Source: an uncultured Actinomycetes bacterium
GTDB taxonomy: Bacteria > Actinomycetota > Actinomycetes > Streptosporangiales > Streptosporangiaceae
Direction: 5' to 3'
Assembly: GCA_963849595.1 (NCBI GenBank)
Contig: CAWKIB010000060.1
Coordinates: 16,860 to 80,859 of the forward strand
Length of the DNA stretch: 64,000 bases
The translations under genes and the position numbers were made by a program. The notes beneath the pieces are model-generated. The model did no database searches. It saw only the letters and a program-made list of their open reading frames with translations, and had not been told where the DNA came from. Positions 40,160 through 53,979 of the stretch are shown here, piece after piece; the stretch's first letter is position 1; each line of letters begins with the position of its first letter.

Positions 40160-41443
40160 TCAGCCCTCCGCGATCTCCGCGGTGATGTCCGCGCCGAGCG
40201 CGTTGAACCGCTGCGCGATGGCCGCGTGCCCCCGGTCGATCGGGTACGCCGGCGTCACCACGGTCTCACCGGACGCGGCCAGGCCCGCCAGCACCAGCGC
40301 GATCCCGGTGCGCAGGTCGTGCGCCACCACCGGGGCCCCCGTGAACGCCGACGGCCCGTGCACCACGACCCGGGTGCCGTCGAACTCGATCCGCGCGCCC
40401 ATCTTGTTCAGCTCGCCGACCAGCGTGTACCGCCCGTCGAAGATCGTCTCGCGGATGTACGACGCGCCCTCGGCCAGGCAGGCCAGGGCCATGATCGGCG
40501 ACTGCAGGTCGGTGGCGAAGCCCGGGTAGGGGCTGGTGATCACGTTTATCGGGCGCGGCGGCCGGTCCATCCGCACGGTCAGCACCGCGCCGTGGGTGGA
40601 GAACTCCACGCCCATCTGCTCCAGCTTCCAGCGCACCACGCCGAAGTGCTCGAGCGAGGCGCCGACCAGGTTCAGCTCGCCGCCGGTGATGGCCGCCGCC
40701 ATGGCGAACACCCCGGCGTCGATCCGGTCGGCCATCACCGTGTGCTCCACCGCGGTGAGCTCGTCCACGCCGTCGACGGTGATGAAGCCGGTGCCGCCGC
40801 CCTTGATCTGCGCGCCCATCTTGGTCAGGAACGCGATGACGTCGAGCACCTCGGGCTCTTGCGCGGTGTTGTCGATGATGGTCCGGCCGGGGGCCAGCGA
40901 CGCCGCCATGATCAGGTTCTCGGTCCCGGTGTGCGACGGCGTGTCCAGGTACAGGTGCGCGCCCTGCAGCTTGCCCGCCTTGATGTGGATGACGGTCTCG
41001 CCCTCGTCGACCACCGCGCCGAGCCGGGCGAAGCCCCGGTAGTGGAAGTCCAGGTTGCGGCTGCCCAGGTTGCAGCCGCCGACGCCCTCGATGACCGCCT
41101 CGCCGAACCGGTGCAGCAGGGCCGGCACGAACAGCACCGAGCTGCGGAACCGCCGCGCGATCTCGGCCGGCAGCACCGGGCTGGTCAGGTTGGACGCGTC
41201 GACGACCAGCGTTCTCTCGACCTCGTGGAACTCGACCAGCGCCCCCACCGCCTGCGCCAGCTCGACGGCACGGCGGACGTCTTCGATGGGCGGCACGTTG
41301 CGCAGCACGGTGCGGCCGTTCGCGGTCAGCAGCGACGCGGCGATCATCTTCAGCGCGGCGTTCTTCGCGCCCTGGATGAAGACGGTGCCGTGCAGCGGTC
41401 CGCCGCCGCGCACGCGGTAACTCGTCTCGGGTCCGGAAGTCAT
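40160..41443 (-). CDS. murA: UDP-N-acetylglucosamine 1-carboxyvinyltransferase (MurA family), Cys-type active site
   Basis: The 427-aa ORF is intact. It contains GAKNAALKMIAASLL, GGCNLGSRNLDFH (active-site Cys loop) and DLRTGIALVLAGLAA. Confidence 0.8.
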   Translation of the reverse strand: MTSGPETSYRVRGGGPLHGTVFIQGAKNAALKMIAASLLTANGRTVLRNVPPIEDVRRAVELAQAVGALVEFHEVERTLVVDASNLTSPVLPAEIARRFRSSVLFVPALLHRFGEAVIEGVGGCNLGSRNLDFHYRGFARLGAVVDEGETVIHIKAGKLQGAHLYLDTPSHTGTENLIMAASLAPGRTIIDNTAQEPEVLDVIAFLTKMGAQIKGGGTGFITVDGVDELTAVEHTVMADRIDAGVFAMAAAITGGELNLVGASLEHFGVVRWKLEQMGVEFSTHGAVLTVRMDRPPRPINVITSPYPGFATDLQSPIMALACLAEGASYIRETIFDGRYTLVGELNKMGARIEFDGTRVVVHGPSAFTGAPVVAHDLRTGIALVLAGLAASGETVVTPAYPIDRGHAAIAQRFNALGADITAEIAEG

Positions 41444-41448
41444 GGGCG

Positions 41449-42757
41449 CTAGCTTAGCCGGGCCAGCCGCCCGAAGATCGGATCTAGCCGCGCCGTGTAC
41501 CGTTCTGGCCGGAACGCGTCGTCAATGTCCGCTTCTGGCAGGGACAGGCCGCGGACCGCGGCCTGCTTGCGCAGCGTGTCGCGGAACGGCGTCCCGTGGT
41601 CCCAGGTGTCCATGGCCGCGGCCTGCACCACGGCGTACGCCTCTTCGCGGCTCAGCCCCGCGCTGACCAGGGCCAATAGCACCCCGGAGGAGTAGAGCAG
41701 GCCGCCGGTCAGGTCCAGGTTGGCCCGCATCCGGGCCACGTCCACGGTCAGCCCCTCGACCAGCCCGGCGGTCAGGTGCAGCACGTAGTCGGTAGCAATG
41801 GACGCGTCGGGCAGCGCGATCCGCTCCACGCTGGAGTGCGAGATGTCCCGCTCGTGCCACAGCGGGATGCCCTCGGTCACCGGGGTCACGTAGCCGCGCA
41901 CGATCCGGGCCAGCCCCGCGATCCGCTCGGCGCGGACCGGGTTCTTCTTGTGCGGCATGGCCGAGGAGCCCTTCTGCCCCGAACGGAACGGCTCGGCCAG
42001 CTCCCGCACCTCGGTCCGCTGCCCGTGCCGGACCTCCAGCGCGACCGCCTCGCACACGGTGGCGGCCAGCGCCACCGCCCCGACCCACTCGGCCATCCCG
42101 TCCCGCATCACGACCTGCGTGGCCACCTCCGCGGGCCGCAGCCCGAGGGCCGCCATGACCTGCGACTCGATGGCCGGGTCGATGTTGGAGTAGCTGCCCA
42201 CCGGCCCGGACAGCGTGCCCACCGCGACCGCCTCCCGCGCCCGGACCAGCCGGTCCCGGCTGCGCGCCATCGCGAACGCGAAGTCGGCCACCCGGTGCCC
42301 CCAGGAGTCCGGCTCGGCGTGCACCCCGTGCGTCCGCCCCGGCCGCAGCGTGTCCCGGTGCGCCAGCGCGTGATCGCGCAGCACCGCGACCAGGCGGGTG
42401 GCCTTGGCGATGAGCAGGTCCGACGCCTCGGTCAGCTGGACCGCCAGCGCGGTGTCGAGCAGGTCCGAGGAGGTCATCCCGTAGTGCACCCAGGCGGCCG
42501 CAGACCGCGGCGTCGGTGTTATCGGCCCACGCGGTCAGGAAGGCGATGACGTCGTGATCGGTGACCGCCTCCACCGCGGCGACCGCCTCAGGGGTGGGAA
42601 TTTTGGCCGAACGGACCGCCTCCACGCTGTCGGCCGGCACCGTGCCGGCCTGGGCGTGCGCCTCCAGGACGAGCAGCTCGACCCGCCCCCACAGCTCGTA
42701 CTTGCGGGCCTCGCTCCAGACCCGCCCCATCTCCGGCAGCGTGTACCGCTCGATCAT
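41449..42757 (-). pseudogene. purB: adenylosuccinate lyase; one frame break near 42490
   Basis: The N-terminus is MIERYTLPEMGRVWSEARKYELW. The fumarate-lyase signature [11 protein letters not shown] is in the second ORF piece. Confidence 0.9.
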
Positions 42758-42806
42758 GCCTCCACGCTAGTGCCTCCTGGGGGCCCGCCCTCGCTCACGG
42801 TGCCTG

Positions 42807-44042
42807 TTACCGGCCCGCGGCGATATCCCGGCGGTACCACCCGCCGCGCATCTCCACCGTCCCGGCCAGCTCATACGCCGCCGCCCGCGCCGCGGCCACG
42901 TCCCCGCCGCTCCCCACCACGTTCAGCACCCGCCCCCCGGCCGACACCAGCTCCCCGGCAGCGTCCCGGGCCGTCCCCGCGTGCAGCACGTAGGCGTCCC
43001 GCTGCCGCGCCACGCTCCGTTCGGCAAAAATGATCTTGTCGCCCTTGACCGGCGCCTCCGGGTAGCCTTCCGCGGCGATCACCACCACCACTGCCGCCCC
43101 CGGCCGCCACTGCGGTTGCGCGACGCCAGCCAGGCCCCCAGTCGCCGCCGCGTGCAACAGCGGTCCCAGCGGGCTCGCGAGCCGGTCCAGCACCACCTGC
43201 GTCTCCGGGTCCCCGAACCGCGCGTTGAACTCGATCACCTTGGGGCCGGCCGAGGTCAAGGCCAGCCCGGCGTACAGCAGCCCGCGGTACGGCGTGCCCC
43301 GCCGGGCCATGGCGTCGATGACCGGCTGGACCACGCGGTCCATCGCCTGCCCGGCCAGGTCGGCGGGCGCCCAGGGGAGCGGCGCGTAGGCGCCCATGCC
43401 GCCGGTATTCGGCCCCTGGTCGCCGTCCCGGGCCCGCTTGAAGTCCTGGGCCGGCAGCAGCGGCACCGCGGTCACCCCGTCGGTCACCGCGAACAGCGAC
43501 ACCTCCGGCCCGTCCAGGAACTCCTCGATCACCACCGTCCCGCAGCCCCGCGCGTGTGCCCGGGCGGCCTCGAGATCCCCGGTGACCAGCACGCCCTTGC
43601 CCGCGGCCAGCGCGTCGTCCTTGACCACGTAGGGCGGGCCGAACGCGGCCAGCGCCTGGTCCGCCTCGGGGGCTGTGCGGCAGGTGAACGACGCCCCGGT
43701 CGCGATGCCGGCGTCGGCCATGACCTGCTTGGCGAACGACTTGGAGCCCTCGATCCGGGCCGCGGCCGCGTCAGGGCCGAAACAGGGGACGCGAGCCTCC
43801 CGCAGGGCATCGGCCGCCCCGGCGACCAGCGGCGCCTCCGGGCCGATGACCACCAGGTCGGGGCTGAGCTTGCGCGCGAGCGCGACGATCTGCTCCGGGA
43901 CCGCCGCGGTGTCGTGATGGGTTTCCGCGAGGGCCGCGATGCCCGGGTTGCCCGGCGCCGCGTGCAAACTGCCGGTCTCCGCGCTCAGCGCGCGGACGAT
44001 GGCGTGCTCCCGGCCGCCCGACCCGATGACGAGAATGCGCAC
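42807..44042 (-). CDS. purD: phosphoribosylamine--glycine ligase
   Basis: [15 protein letters not shown] plus an ATP-grasp core ([33 protein letters not shown]). The 411-aa ORF is intact. Confidence 0.92.
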   Translation of the reverse strand: MRILVIGSGGREHAIVRALSAETGSLHAAPGNPGIAALAETHHDTAAVPEQIVALARKLSPDLVVIGPEAPLVAGAADALREARVPCFGPDAAAARIEGSKSFAKQVMADAGIATGASFTCRTAPEADQALAAFGPPYVVKDDALAAGKGVLVTGDLEAARAHARGCGTVVIEEFLDGPEVSLFAVTDGVTAVPLLPAQDFKRARDGDQGPNTGGMGAYAPLPWAPADLAGQAMDRVVQPVIDAMARRGTPYRGLLYAGLALTSAGPKVIEFNARFGDPETQVVLDRLASPLGPLLHAAATGGLAGVAQPQWRPGAAVVVVIAAEGYPEAPVKGDKIIFAERSVARQRDAYVLHAGTARDAAGELVSAGGRVLNVVGSGGDVAAARAAAYELAGTVEMRGGWYRRDIAAGR

Positions 44043-44070
44043 GCCAGCGAGCCTACCGGCGCCAGTAAAG

Positions 44071-45363
44071 CTAACGCTGCCGGAGCAGGTCCCGGAGCTG
44101 CAGGGTCTGGTCGCGGCGCGGGCCCACGCCGACCGCGCAGACCGGGGCGGCGATCAGATCCTCGATCGCGGCGATGTAGGTACGGGCGTTCGGGGGGAGC
44201 TCGTCGAGGGTGCGGGCCTTGGAGATGTCCTCGGCCCAGCCGTCGAAGTACTCGTAGACCGGCACCGCGTGGTGGAACTCGGTCTGCGTCACGGGAATCT
44301 CGTGGTGCCGCTGCCCGTCCACCTCGTAGGCCACGCACACCGGCACCTGCTCCAGCCCGGACAGCACGTCGAGCTTGGTCAGGAAGTACCCGGTGATCCC
44401 GTTGACCCGGGTCGCGTACCGCGCGATGACCGCGTCGAACCAGCCGCAGCGGCGCGGCCGTCCCGTGGTCACGCCGTACTCCGCGCCGCTCTTGCGCAGC
44501 CACTCGCCGGTCTCGTCGCGCAGCTCGGTGGGGAACGGGCCCTCGCCGACCCGCGTCGTGTACGCCTTGACGATGCCGATCACGTCGGAGATCCGGGTCG
44601 GCCCGATGCCGGACCCGGCGCAGGCGCCGCCCGCGGTGGGGGAGGAGGAGGTCACGAACGGGTACGTGCCGTGGTCCACGTCGAGCATGGTGGCCTGCGC
44701 GCCCTCCAGCAGCACCACCTGGCCCTGGTCCAGCGCCCGGCCCAGGGCCAGCCCGGTGTCGGCCACGTAGGGGCGCAGCCGCTCCGCGTACCGCTCGTAC
44801 TCCGCCGCGCACGCCTCCGGGTCGATGCCGCGCCGGTTGTAGACCTTGGTCAGCACCTGGTTCTTCTCCCGCAGCACCAGGTCCAGCTTCTGACGCAAGA
44901 TGCCCGGGTCGAACAGGTCCTGAACCCGGATCCCCATCCGGGCGATCTTGTCGCCGTAGGCAGGCCCGATGCCGCGGCCGGTGGTCCCGATCCGCGCGCT
45001 GCCCAGGTACCGCTCGGTGACCTTGTCCAGCGCCCGGTGGTACGGCGTGATCAGGTGCGCGTTCGCCGACACCAGCAGCTTTCCGCAATCGACGCCGCGG
45101 GCCTGCAGCCCGTCGATCTCGTCCAGCAGCACCTGCGGGTCGATCACCACCCCGTTGCCGATCACCGGAACCACCCGCGGTGACAGCACCCCGGACGGCA
45201 GCAGGTGCAGCGCGTAGCTCTCGTCCCCGATGACGACCGTGTGGCCGGCGTTGTTCCCGCCCTGATACCGCACCACGTAGTCCACGCGGTCGCCGAGCAG
45301 GTCGGTCGCCTTGCCCTTGCCCTCATCGCCCCACTGAGCACCGACCAGCACGATGGCGGGCAT
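44071..45363 (-). CDS. purA: adenylosuccinate synthase
   Basis: [30 protein letters not shown] and [11 protein letters not shown]. The start is the internal ATG of track ORF 44071..45384. Confidence 0.92.
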   Translation of the reverse strand: MPAIVLVGAQWGDEGKGKATDLLGDRVDYVVRYQGGNNAGHTVVIGDESYALHLLPSGVLSPRVVPVIGNGVVIDPQVLLDEIDGLQARGVDCGKLLVSANAHLITPYHRALDKVTERYLGSARIGTTGRGIGPAYGDKIARMGIRVQDLFDPGILRQKLDLVLREKNQVLTKVYNRRGIDPEACAAEYERYAERLRPYVADTGLALGRALDQGQVVLLEGAQATMLDVDHGTYPFVTSSSPTAGGACAGSGIGPTRISDVIGIVKAYTTRVGEGPFPTELRDETGEWLRKSGAEYGVTTGRPRRCGWFDAVIARYATRVNGITGYFLTKLDVLSGLEQVPVCVAYEVDGQRHHEIPVTQTEFHHAVPVYEYFDGWAEDISKARTLDELPPNARTYIAAIEDLIAAPVCAVGVGPRRDQTLQLRDLLRQR

Positions 45364-45392
45364 TGCGCATCCCCTCCCGCACACACATACGA

Positions 45393-45424
45393 AGCCCCTG
45401 CTCAGCGCAAGCGCAGCAGGGGCT
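45393..45424 (-). terminator. hairpin AGCCCCTGCT...AGCAGGGGCT between the DUF3151 gene and purA
   Basis: A 10-bp stem whose inner GCGC-AA-GCGC extends it. On the minus strand it is followed by TTCGTATGTGTGTG. Confidence 0.4.
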
Positions 45425-45530
45425 CTTGCGTTCTGAGATTACCCGCAAACTCCCCGCCTAAGCCATTAACCACCGCCCGGCATGTCCCCCTATAACCGCA
45501 CTCCTCCTGCGCAAACGCGCGGCCCGCAGG

Positions 45531-45955
45531 TCACGCGCCGCTGCCGCGCAGCGCGGCAGCGGCTGCGGCGCTGCTGTCGCGGAGGAACTGGTCGCAGCGC
45601 TGGGCCTCGTCGTCCTCGCCGATGGCGTCGGCGGCCCGGCCCAGCATGGACAGCGACCGCAGGAAGCCCCGGTTCGGCTCGTGCTCCCAGGGAATCGGCC
45701 CGGTGCCGTGCCAGCCCGAACGCCGCAGCTGATCCAGCCCCCGGTGGTACCCGGTCCGCGCGTACGCGTACGCCATGACCGGATCGCCGTCGGCGAACGC
45801 GGCCTCGGCCAGCGCCGCCCACGCGGCGGAGTACGCCGGGAACCGGGCCGCGACCGCCGACGGCGAAGCGCCCGCGAACGCAGCGCCTCCGCCGCCTCCT
45901 CGTTCTCCAGCAGGTACGTCGCTGGCGGCCCGGCCAGCAGGTTGTCGCGATCCAT
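45531..45955 (-). pseudogene. DUF3151-family protein; one frame break near 45870
   Basis: MDRDNLLAGPPATYLLENEEAAEAL.. continues after the break as ..AYAYARTGYHRGLDQLRRSGWHGTGPIPWEHEPNRGFLR. The start overlaps the fba stop. Confidence 0.6.
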
Positions 45956-46976
45956 CAGGAAAGCTGGTGACCCGCGGACAGCAGGTCCTCGCAGGCGTGG
46001 GTGACCCGCTGGGTCATGCCGGCCTCGCCGGCCTTGCCCCAGCTGCGCGGGTCGTAGGCCTTCTTGCTGCCCACGTCGCCGTCCACCTTGAGCACGCCGT
46101 CGTAGTTCTTGAACATGTGGTCCGCGATCGGCCTGGTGAAGGCGTACTGGGTGTCGGTGTCGACGTTCATCTTGACCACGCCGTAGCCGATGGCTTCCCT
46201 GATCTCCTCGAGGGCCGACCCGGACCCGCCGTGGAAGACGAGGTCGAACGGCTTTTCCACGCCGTACTTCTGGCCCACCGCGTCCTGGATCTCCTTGAGC
46301 ACGATCGGGCGCAGCTTCACGTGCCCCGGCTTGTAGACGCCGTGCACGTTGCCGAACGTCGCGGCCAGGATGTACCGGCCGCGCTCGCCCAGCCCGAGCG
46401 CCTCGGCGGTGGCCAGCGCGTCTTCCGCCGTGGTGTAGAGCTTCTCGTTGATCTCGCCGACGATGCCGTCCTCCTCGCCCCCGACCACGCCGATCTCCAT
46501 CTCCATGATGATCCGGGCGGCCGCGCACTGCTCCAGCAGCTCGCTGGCGATCTCCAGGTTCTCCTTCAGCGGCACCGCCGAGCCGTCCCACATGTGCGAC
46601 TGGAACAACGGCTCCTGGCCGTGCTGCACCCGCTCCCTGGAGATGGCGACCAGCGGGCGCATGTAGGCGTCGAGCTTGTCCTTCGGGCAGTGGTCGGTGT
46701 GCAGGGCCACGTGGATGGGATACCGGTCGGCGACCACGTGCGCGAACTCGGCCAGCGCGGACGCGCCGACCACCATGTTCTTGACCGCCGGCCCGACAGG
46801 TACTCGGCGCCGCCGGTGGAGATCTGGACGATCCCGTCGCTGCTGGCGTCCGCGAACCCGCGCAGCGCCGCGTTCAGCGTCTGGCTTGACGTCACGTTGA
46901 TGGCCGGAAACGCGTAACCGCGCTGCTTGGCGGTGTCGAGCATCTGCGCGTAAATCTCTGGGGTCGCGATAGGCAT
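45955..46976 (-). pseudogene. fba: class II fructose-bisphosphate aldolase; one frame break near 46788-46795
   Basis: MPIATPEIYAQMLDTAKQRGYAFPAINVTSS..STGGAEYLSG then VVGASALAEFAHVV..HTDHCPKDKL..FGNVHGVYKPG..FHGGSGS. Adding one C restores LSGPAVKNMVVGA. Confidence 0.92.
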
Positions 46977-47136
46977 GGCAACTAACTCCCTTGGCTTTAA
47001 CCTGATCTCAGGGTAGATAGTCAGGCGGCGTCACTCTAGGGACCTTGGACCTGAAACCGCTAGAACCCAAGCCTAGACATGAAGCGAGCATGAAGATGCA
47101 CCGGCCGGTGCCGGGCATGGGGTACAACATGAAGCC

Positions 47137-47850
47137 ATGGAGAGCTTTCTCACGTCGGCGCCTTACGCTGCCCTCATCTTGTTCGGCTTCCTCGAGGCGG
47201 CGTGCATCCCGATTTCATCCGAGGTCACCTTCGGGTTCGCCGGCGTGCTCGCCTACCAGGGGCATCTTAACCTCGTCCTGGTCATCATCATCGGATCCCT
47301 GGCCGAACTCGCCGGATCCTACGCCTCGTACGCGGTGGGCCGGGTCGGCGGCAAGCCGCTGGTGCAGAAGCTGGGCCGCTACGTGCTGGTGACCCAGGGC
47401 GACGTCGACCGGGCCGAGCGGTTCCTGGCCGGGCGCGGTTCCTGGGCCATTTCGGTGGGCCGGATGCTGCCGTTCATCCGCGCCTTCACCTCGATCGTGG
47501 CGGGCCTGGTCCGGGTCCCGGCGGTCCGGTTCGGGGTGTTCAGCCTGATCGGCACCGTCATCTACGCGACCGTGCTGTCCGTGATCGGCTACGAGGTCGG
47601 CCACGCCTGGGGGAGCATCAACCACGGCCTGACCGTCGCCACCTACATCCTGGTCGCGATCGTGGTCATCGCGATCGCCGGCTTCGTGCTCTACCGGCTG
47701 CGCCAGTTCCGCCGCGAGGCCGCCCAGGCCAAGGACCAGGCCCAGGCCGCCCCAGACCAAGGAGCCGCAGCACAGGAGCCCGCCGCGCAGGCCCCCGCCG
47801 CACAGGCGCCGCGCCGGCCCGGCAGGCACCGGTCAGATGCCGAGGTCTGA
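47137..47850 (+). CDS. dedA: DedA-family membrane protein
   Basis: Contains FGFLEAACIPISSEV, YAVGRVGGKP and GRMLPFIRAFTSIVAG. The 237-aa ORF is intact. Confidence 0.85.
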   Translation: MESFLTSAPYAALILFGFLEAACIPISSEVTFGFAGVLAYQGHLNLVLVIIIGSLAELAGSYASYAVGRVGGKPLVQKLGRYVLVTQGDVDRAERFLAGRGSWAISVGRMLPFIRAFTSIVAGLVRVPAVRFGVFSLIGTVIYATVLSVIGYEVGHAWGSINHGLTVATYILVAIVVIAIAGFVLYRLRQFRREAAQAKDQAQAAPDQGAAAQEPAAQAPAAQAPRRPGRHRSDAEV

Positions 47851-48366
47851 CAGGTCGTAGGCGGACCGGAAGATCAGCCCGTGTTCGGTCACGCGCTCCC
47901 GCGCGCCCCGGTTGACCAGCACCGCCACCCCGGCCACCTCGGCGCCCGCCTCGCGCAGCGCCTCGACCGCGGTCAGCGGGGAGGCGCCGGTGGTGGAGGT
48001 GTCCTCGACCGCGAGCACCCGCCGGCCGGTCACGTCCGGACCCTCGATCCGGCGCTGGGTGCCGTGGTCCTTCTCCTTCTTCCGCACCACGAACGCGTCG
48101 ATCGGCGTGCCCCGGGCGGCGGCCGCGTGCATCATCGCGGTGGCGACCGGATCGGCGCCCAGGGTCAGGCCGCCGGCCGCCTCGTAGCCCAGATCCCAGG
48201 TGAGGTCCAGCATGACCCGGCCCGCTAGCGGCGCCAGGCGCCCGTCCAGCAGCACCCGCCGCAGGTCGACGTACCAGTCGGCGCGCTGGCCCGAGGAGAG
48301 GATGAAGTCCCCGCGGATGACCGCCTTCGCCTTGATCGCCGCGAGCAGTTCGGCCCGGTCGCTCAC
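47833..48366 (-). CDS. pyrE: orotate phosphoribosyltransferase
   Basis: GDFILSSGQRADWYVD and the PRPP motif VLAVEDTSTTGASP. The GTG at 48366 has an AAGGAG RBS 6 nt upstream. Confidence 0.88.
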   Translation of the reverse strand: MSDRAELLAAIKAKAVIRGDFILSSGQRADWYVDLRRVLLDGRLAPLAGRVMLDLTWDLGYEAAGGLTLGADPVATAMMHAAAARGTPIDAFVVRKKEKDHGTQRRIEGPDVTGRRVLAVEDTSTTGASPLTAVEALREAGAEVAGVAVLVNRGARERVTEHGLIFRSAYDLSDLGI

Positions 48367-48515
48367 GGCCGTCTCCTTCCCTTCAGGCCCCTTCATGCAG
48401 CGGGAATGCACGGAAAGCCATCCCGGAGAAGGTTACTTCACTACGCTTAGACCGGTCAGGTCCGGATCGGTGCCTGAAAGGGTGACCGCTGCGCCGAGGA
48501 AAGGACGGTGGGGCC

Positions 48516-50089
48516 GTGGATCGCTGCGCGCTGTTCGTTGACGCAAGCTACGTGCTCGCAGATGGTGCCATGGCCGTGCACGGGACCCGCCGAGGCGAAT
48601 CGGTCTCCTGGGACTACGAGGGGCTCCTGCAGCTGCTGGGCGGCATGGCGCGCGAGCGCACCGGGCTACCGCTGTTGCGCTGCTACTGGTACGAGGCGAC
48701 CGTCGACGGCCGCCGCACCGCCGAGCAGGACGCCCTGGCCGACATCCCGGGCATCAAGCTCCGGGTGGCCAAGATCCGTCCCGGCCGCCGCGAGGGCGTG
48801 GAAACCGAGATCCACCGGGACCTGACCACGCTGGCCCGCAACAGCGCGGTCAGCGACGCGCTGGTGGTCAGCGCGGAGGAGGACCTGGCCCAGGTCATCG
48901 CCGACGTCCAGGACCTCGGCATGCGCGTCACCCTGGTGCACATCGCGGTGGACGGCAACTGGACCATCTCCCGGTCGCTGCGCCAGGAGTCCGACGACAT
49001 CATCGAGATCGGCGGCGAGCAGCTCCGGCCCTACGTCGAGCTGATCGTGGGCGCCGAACCCGCGCACGCCGACGAGCCGGACGACGCGGACCGCGTCCCG
49101 GGCCGGCCGCTGGTCAACGGGCATTCGGCGGTGGCGGGCGTGGGTTCGTACCAGGCGCTGCCCACCGGGTCGGGCAACCACGCGCCGCCCTCTATCTACA
49201 CCGCGCCGGTGGTGGCCGAGTACCAGCGGCCCGCCCTCCAGCTGCCCCGCGCCGCCAGCCGCGAGGACCGCGCCACCCGCGACGACCGGACCCGCGACCG
49301 CGAAGAGCGCACCCGCGACCGCGAGGAGCGGACCCGCGAGGAGCGGACCCGCGAGGAGCGGCCCCGCGAAAGCGTCAACGGCGACGCCGCCCCCGTCCGC
49401 CCGGACATCTTCGCCGCCCCCGCCCCGGTCTCCCCGCGCACCCGCCAGGACCGCGCCGATCGCCAAGACCGCGCAGATCGCGCCGACCGCCGAAGACCGC
49501 GTAGACCGTGTAGAGCCGACCCGTGTCGCCCGCGTCACCGAGGATGTCACCGGCTACGCCGTTCCCCCGGTCACCCCCGACGGCCTGGCCGGCACCGAAG
49601 CCCCCCCGGTTCCCCCCGGCCAGCTGCGCCGCCTGCCCTCCCGCCCGAACACCCCGAACGCCCCGAATGCGCCCGAACGCCCCGATCCCCATGGGCCCGA
49701 TCGGCTCGCCGCCGGGCGGCGGGCCGACCGGACCCCAGCACGTCGGCCAGCACGCCGGGCAGGGCTCGCCCCGCAGCGCCCCGTACAGCGGCCCGCAGCC
49801 GGTCGCGACCTCACCGCCGCCCGGCTACGTCTCAGTCGGCGGCCCCTCGCTGTCCGAGGCCGTGCAGGCCGCGCACGAGGAGGGCCAGGAGTTCGGCGCC
49901 TCGGTGGCGCGGGACGCCCCGGCGCTGTGGCTGGAAGCGGTGCTGGCCCGCAAGCCGCGGATGCCGTCCGACCTGGAGGCCCGGCTGCTGCAGGGGTCGG
50001 CGCTGCCGATCGACTTCCTGCTGCACGATGAGGTCCGGCACGCGCTGCGCCGTGGCTTCTGGGACGCGCTCGAGCGTACCCGCCGGTAA
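48516..50089 (+). pseudogene. NYN/LabA-like domain protein with a long Arg/Asp/Glu/Pro-rich repetitive linker and a conserved C-terminal domain; at least 1 frame break (~49480-49560)
   Basis: The N-terminus is CALFVDASYVLADG...CYWYEA...VSAEEDLAQVIADVQDLGMRVTLVH. The C-terminus (..LSEAVQAAHEEGQEFGASVARDAPALWLEAVLARKPRMPSDLEARLLQGSALPIDFLLHDEVRHALRRGFWDALE) is in the frame of ORF 49523. Confidence 0.6.
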
Positions 50090-50165
50090 AACAGCCGGTA
50101 AAAGGGGCTCCGTAATTTAGGCGGGCCCCGGATTGTGCGAGGCCTCGACGGGTAGGTTCTGAGAC

Positions 50166-50763
50166 GTGGTTGTGCTTTCCGGTGAGCTGTTCGACGTGAT
50201 CGAGGTCAACGCTGCCCGGACGGGCAACCACAAACGGGCCGCGGTCCGCATGAGCCGCCTCGCCGTGCAGGCCTCGCTCCCGGTCCAGGCCACGCCGGAA
50301 AGCATGTCCCGGGCCGAAGCCCACATGCGAGCCGGCGAGCAGTGGCTGCTCGCCGACGAGCCGTCCACCGCGGTGGACGAGTTCCGGGCCGCCATCGCGG
50401 ACGCGGGCCCGACCTTCGACGACCCCCGGGTGCCGCTGGCCCGCGCCATGTTCGCGCTCGGCCGGCCCGCCGAAGCCGACTCTCTGCTGCACCAGCTCAC
50501 CGAGGACGGCGGCGCGGTTGCTGCCGCGCACCTGCGACCTGGTGGCCGAGCTGCTCACCGAGCAGGGCGACCTGAACGGCGCGCTGGACTGGGCCACCGC
50601 CGGGGTGGACGCCTGCCTGCGCGGCGACGACCGCGACGAGCTCCAGCTGCTGCTCCGGCTGCGCTACCGGATCCGCGTCGACCTGGCCCTGCCCGAAGAC
50701 GACTACGACAAGCTGCTGGACGACCAGGACGACAGAAAGGCCGGGCCCGCCGCGGGATCATAA
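50166..50763 (+). pseudogene. hypothetical helical (TPR-like) protein; one frame break near 50515
   Basis: Two ORF pieces (50166.. and 50518..50763) join as ..SLLHQLTEDGGA / CDLVAELLTEQGDLNGALDWATAGVDACL... I did not recognise a family. Confidence 0.35.
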
Positions 50764-50802
50764 GCGATCCCGCCGCGAACCCGGCCTCTCGAACGAAAGC
50801 AG

Positions 50803-53462
<2,660 letters not shown>

Positions 53463-53496
53463 TACTCATCTATCTCCTCTGGGCTGTCCAGCCCAG

Positions 53497-53979
53497 CTAT
53501 TTGTCTCCTCTGGGCTGTCCAGTTCCGCTGGACGGCCCAGTCATCGGTTCCCAGACCGCCACCCGGGCGCGGCGCACCGGCACCAGGCCGGGGTCGTTGC
53601 CGCCGCCGCTCCGGCGTAGCTCGGCCAGCCGGGCCGCCACGGCCCGGGTTGATTCCAGCTCCGCGCGCAGCTGCGCCACCTCGGCGTGCAGCTCCGCGAC
53701 CAGCCTGCGTGCCTGATCCAGCTCCCGCAGCTGATCCAGGATCAGCTTGATGCCGGACAGGTTCACGCCCTCCTCCTGCGACAGCCGCTGGATCTCGCGC
53801 AGGGCCAGGATGTCCCGCATCGAGTACCGCCGCCCGCGCCCGGCGCTGCGGCCTGGTGAGACCAGGCCGCGGCGCTCGTACTCGCGCAGCGTCTGCGGGT
53901 GCATCCCGGACAGTTCGGCGGCTACCGAGATGACGTACACCGGCATCTCATCCGACTGCTCGAATGGGCTGTTCATCAT
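53497..53979 (-). CDS. hspR: MerR-family heat-shock repressor HspR
   Basis: PVYVISVAAELSGMHPQTLREYERRGLVSPGRSAGRGRRYSMRDILALREIQRL. It is the fourth gene of the dnaK operon, and its start overlaps the dnaJ stop. Confidence 0.9.
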   Translation of the reverse strand: MMNSPFEQSDEMPVYVISVAAELSGMHPQTLREYERRGLVSPGRSAGRGRRYSMRDILALREIQRLSQEEGVNLSGIKLILDQLRELDQARRLVAELHAEVAQLRAELESTRAVAARLAELRRSGGGNDPGLVPVRRARVAVWEPMTGPSSGTGQPRGDK

